Notes under the pieces: model-generated
What the model saw: only the letters and a program-made list of their open reading frames with translations
The model's database searches: none
What the model was told of the DNA's origin: nothing
In this document: piece by piece, positions 63,201 through 64,000 of the stretch
Numbering within the stretch: the first letter of the stretch is position 1
Layout of the letters: each line of letters begins with the position of its first letter
DNA from: Cycas panzhihuaensis
Lineage: Eukaryota > Plantae > Cycadophyta
Reading direction: 5' to 3'
DNA: 64,000 nucleotides
Assembly (NCBI GenBank): GCA_023213395.1
Contig: CM041465.1
Span: 173,855,741-173,919,740, forward strand
Position numbers and translations under genes: made by a program

Positions 63201-63550
63201 TGGCTCTCTCTTGCTCCATTGCCTTCTCGAGACCCCCCTCATTTTTAAAGAGGGGGGTGTGGTTAAAACCCATGGTTTTTTTGCCCAAAACCATGGGCAA
63301 AAACCATAGGCTACCCATGGTTTGGGTGAAACCATGGGCAGTCCTATGGTCGGCAGTGTGGTCATCCGGTCTATCGGCCTGCCGCCCGTTGCGGTCGACT
63401 AACCGTCTGGCAGCTCGCCAATCAGTCGCCGGCCAACCGATCAACCTATATATTTTTTTTATTTATACATTTTTTTTAAGGCCCCTGATATAATTATGCC
63501 ATTGATGTGCATCTATTTGCTTTGATCACGTTGGTTACATCAAGCTATGG

Positions 63551-64000
63551 TTATGGTTGTCCTTGTCGTCTTTTATCAGCCTGGTCTTTAATTTTATACA
63601 ATTTGAGTTTCAATCCATTGACCACAATCATTTGCCCGTCCTCATTGATATGTGTTATTTCCACCGAACCATTTTCATAGATTTTTCTGACTATAAACGG
63701 ACCGAGCCAACGAACCTTTAGCTTGCATGGTTTTATGAAGTGTTTGCCATCGTATTTAAGAACCAAATCTCCTTCTTTAAATGTTTTTGGATGTAATTTC
63801 TTGTCATGCCATTCTTTCCTCCGTTGTTGTACTATGTTCATCACCCACTGCACATGTTGTTGTTTTTCATCAAGGACAAGAATGGCTTTCAATCGATTCT
63901 AGGGGCTAGTTGCATCTGGCCATCTTTGTTGAATCGCGATTCTTAGACTTGCCACTATATATTCTATAAGAAGAACTACTTTTGCCCCATAAACTAACTG
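63551..64000 (-). pseudogene. pol: Element H integrase C-terminus
   Basis: RKEWHD..FKEGDLVLKYD..KLKVRWLGPF..VNG.KLKLY. Confidence 0.92.

Larger units (their letters stand above)
58175..64000 (-). mobile_element. Element H: 3' half of a non-chromoviral gypsy with ORF3 (continues beyond the window)
   Basis: Integrase tail, ORF3, PPT AAAAGAGGGGGATAGA (61365-61380), 3' LTR 61045-61364 probably continuing at 58175-58233 across G2. Confidence 0.85.

Overview
This is eukaryotic, AT-rich (~37% GC by eye) land-plant DNA, probably from a large-genome fern, gymnosperm or lycophyte. It consists almost entirely of nested, mostly decayed retrotransposons. Left to right: an LTR fragment; a decayed L1-type LINE (minus); a solo LTR with TSD; and a Ty1/copia element. 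The copia gag is split by an 18.5-kb non-chromoviral Ty3/gypsy element A (8426-26917, TSD AATCA), which itself contains gypsy element B (12763-22200, TSD GTTTG); the copia integrase is split by a solo LTR. Next is an old minus-strand chromovirus D (~32205-50518) hosting four later insertions: F, a tandem non-autonomous copia derivative carrying a captured receptor-kinase fragment; E, an internally deleted copia; C, a 3.7-kb gag/pol-less element (42583-46247, TSD GTATA); and G1, a short gag-remnant element. The right end holds LINE relics, one probable host exon, a second G element (58234-61039, TSD TGCAA) and the 3' half of gypsy element H. The main observations: (1) in C the tRNA-Glu PBS runs directly into a sense copy of the first 30 nt of tRNA-Glu, exactly where gag-pol is missing, and C keeps an intact 356-aa accessory ORF3; (2) A encodes two extra capsid-like domains between protease and RT; (3) an ORF3 follows integrase, or the post-integrase spacer, in four elements; (4) a short hairpin precedes the PPT in every gypsy family. 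Family assignments and identities are by eye and from memory of motifs; no searches were run.
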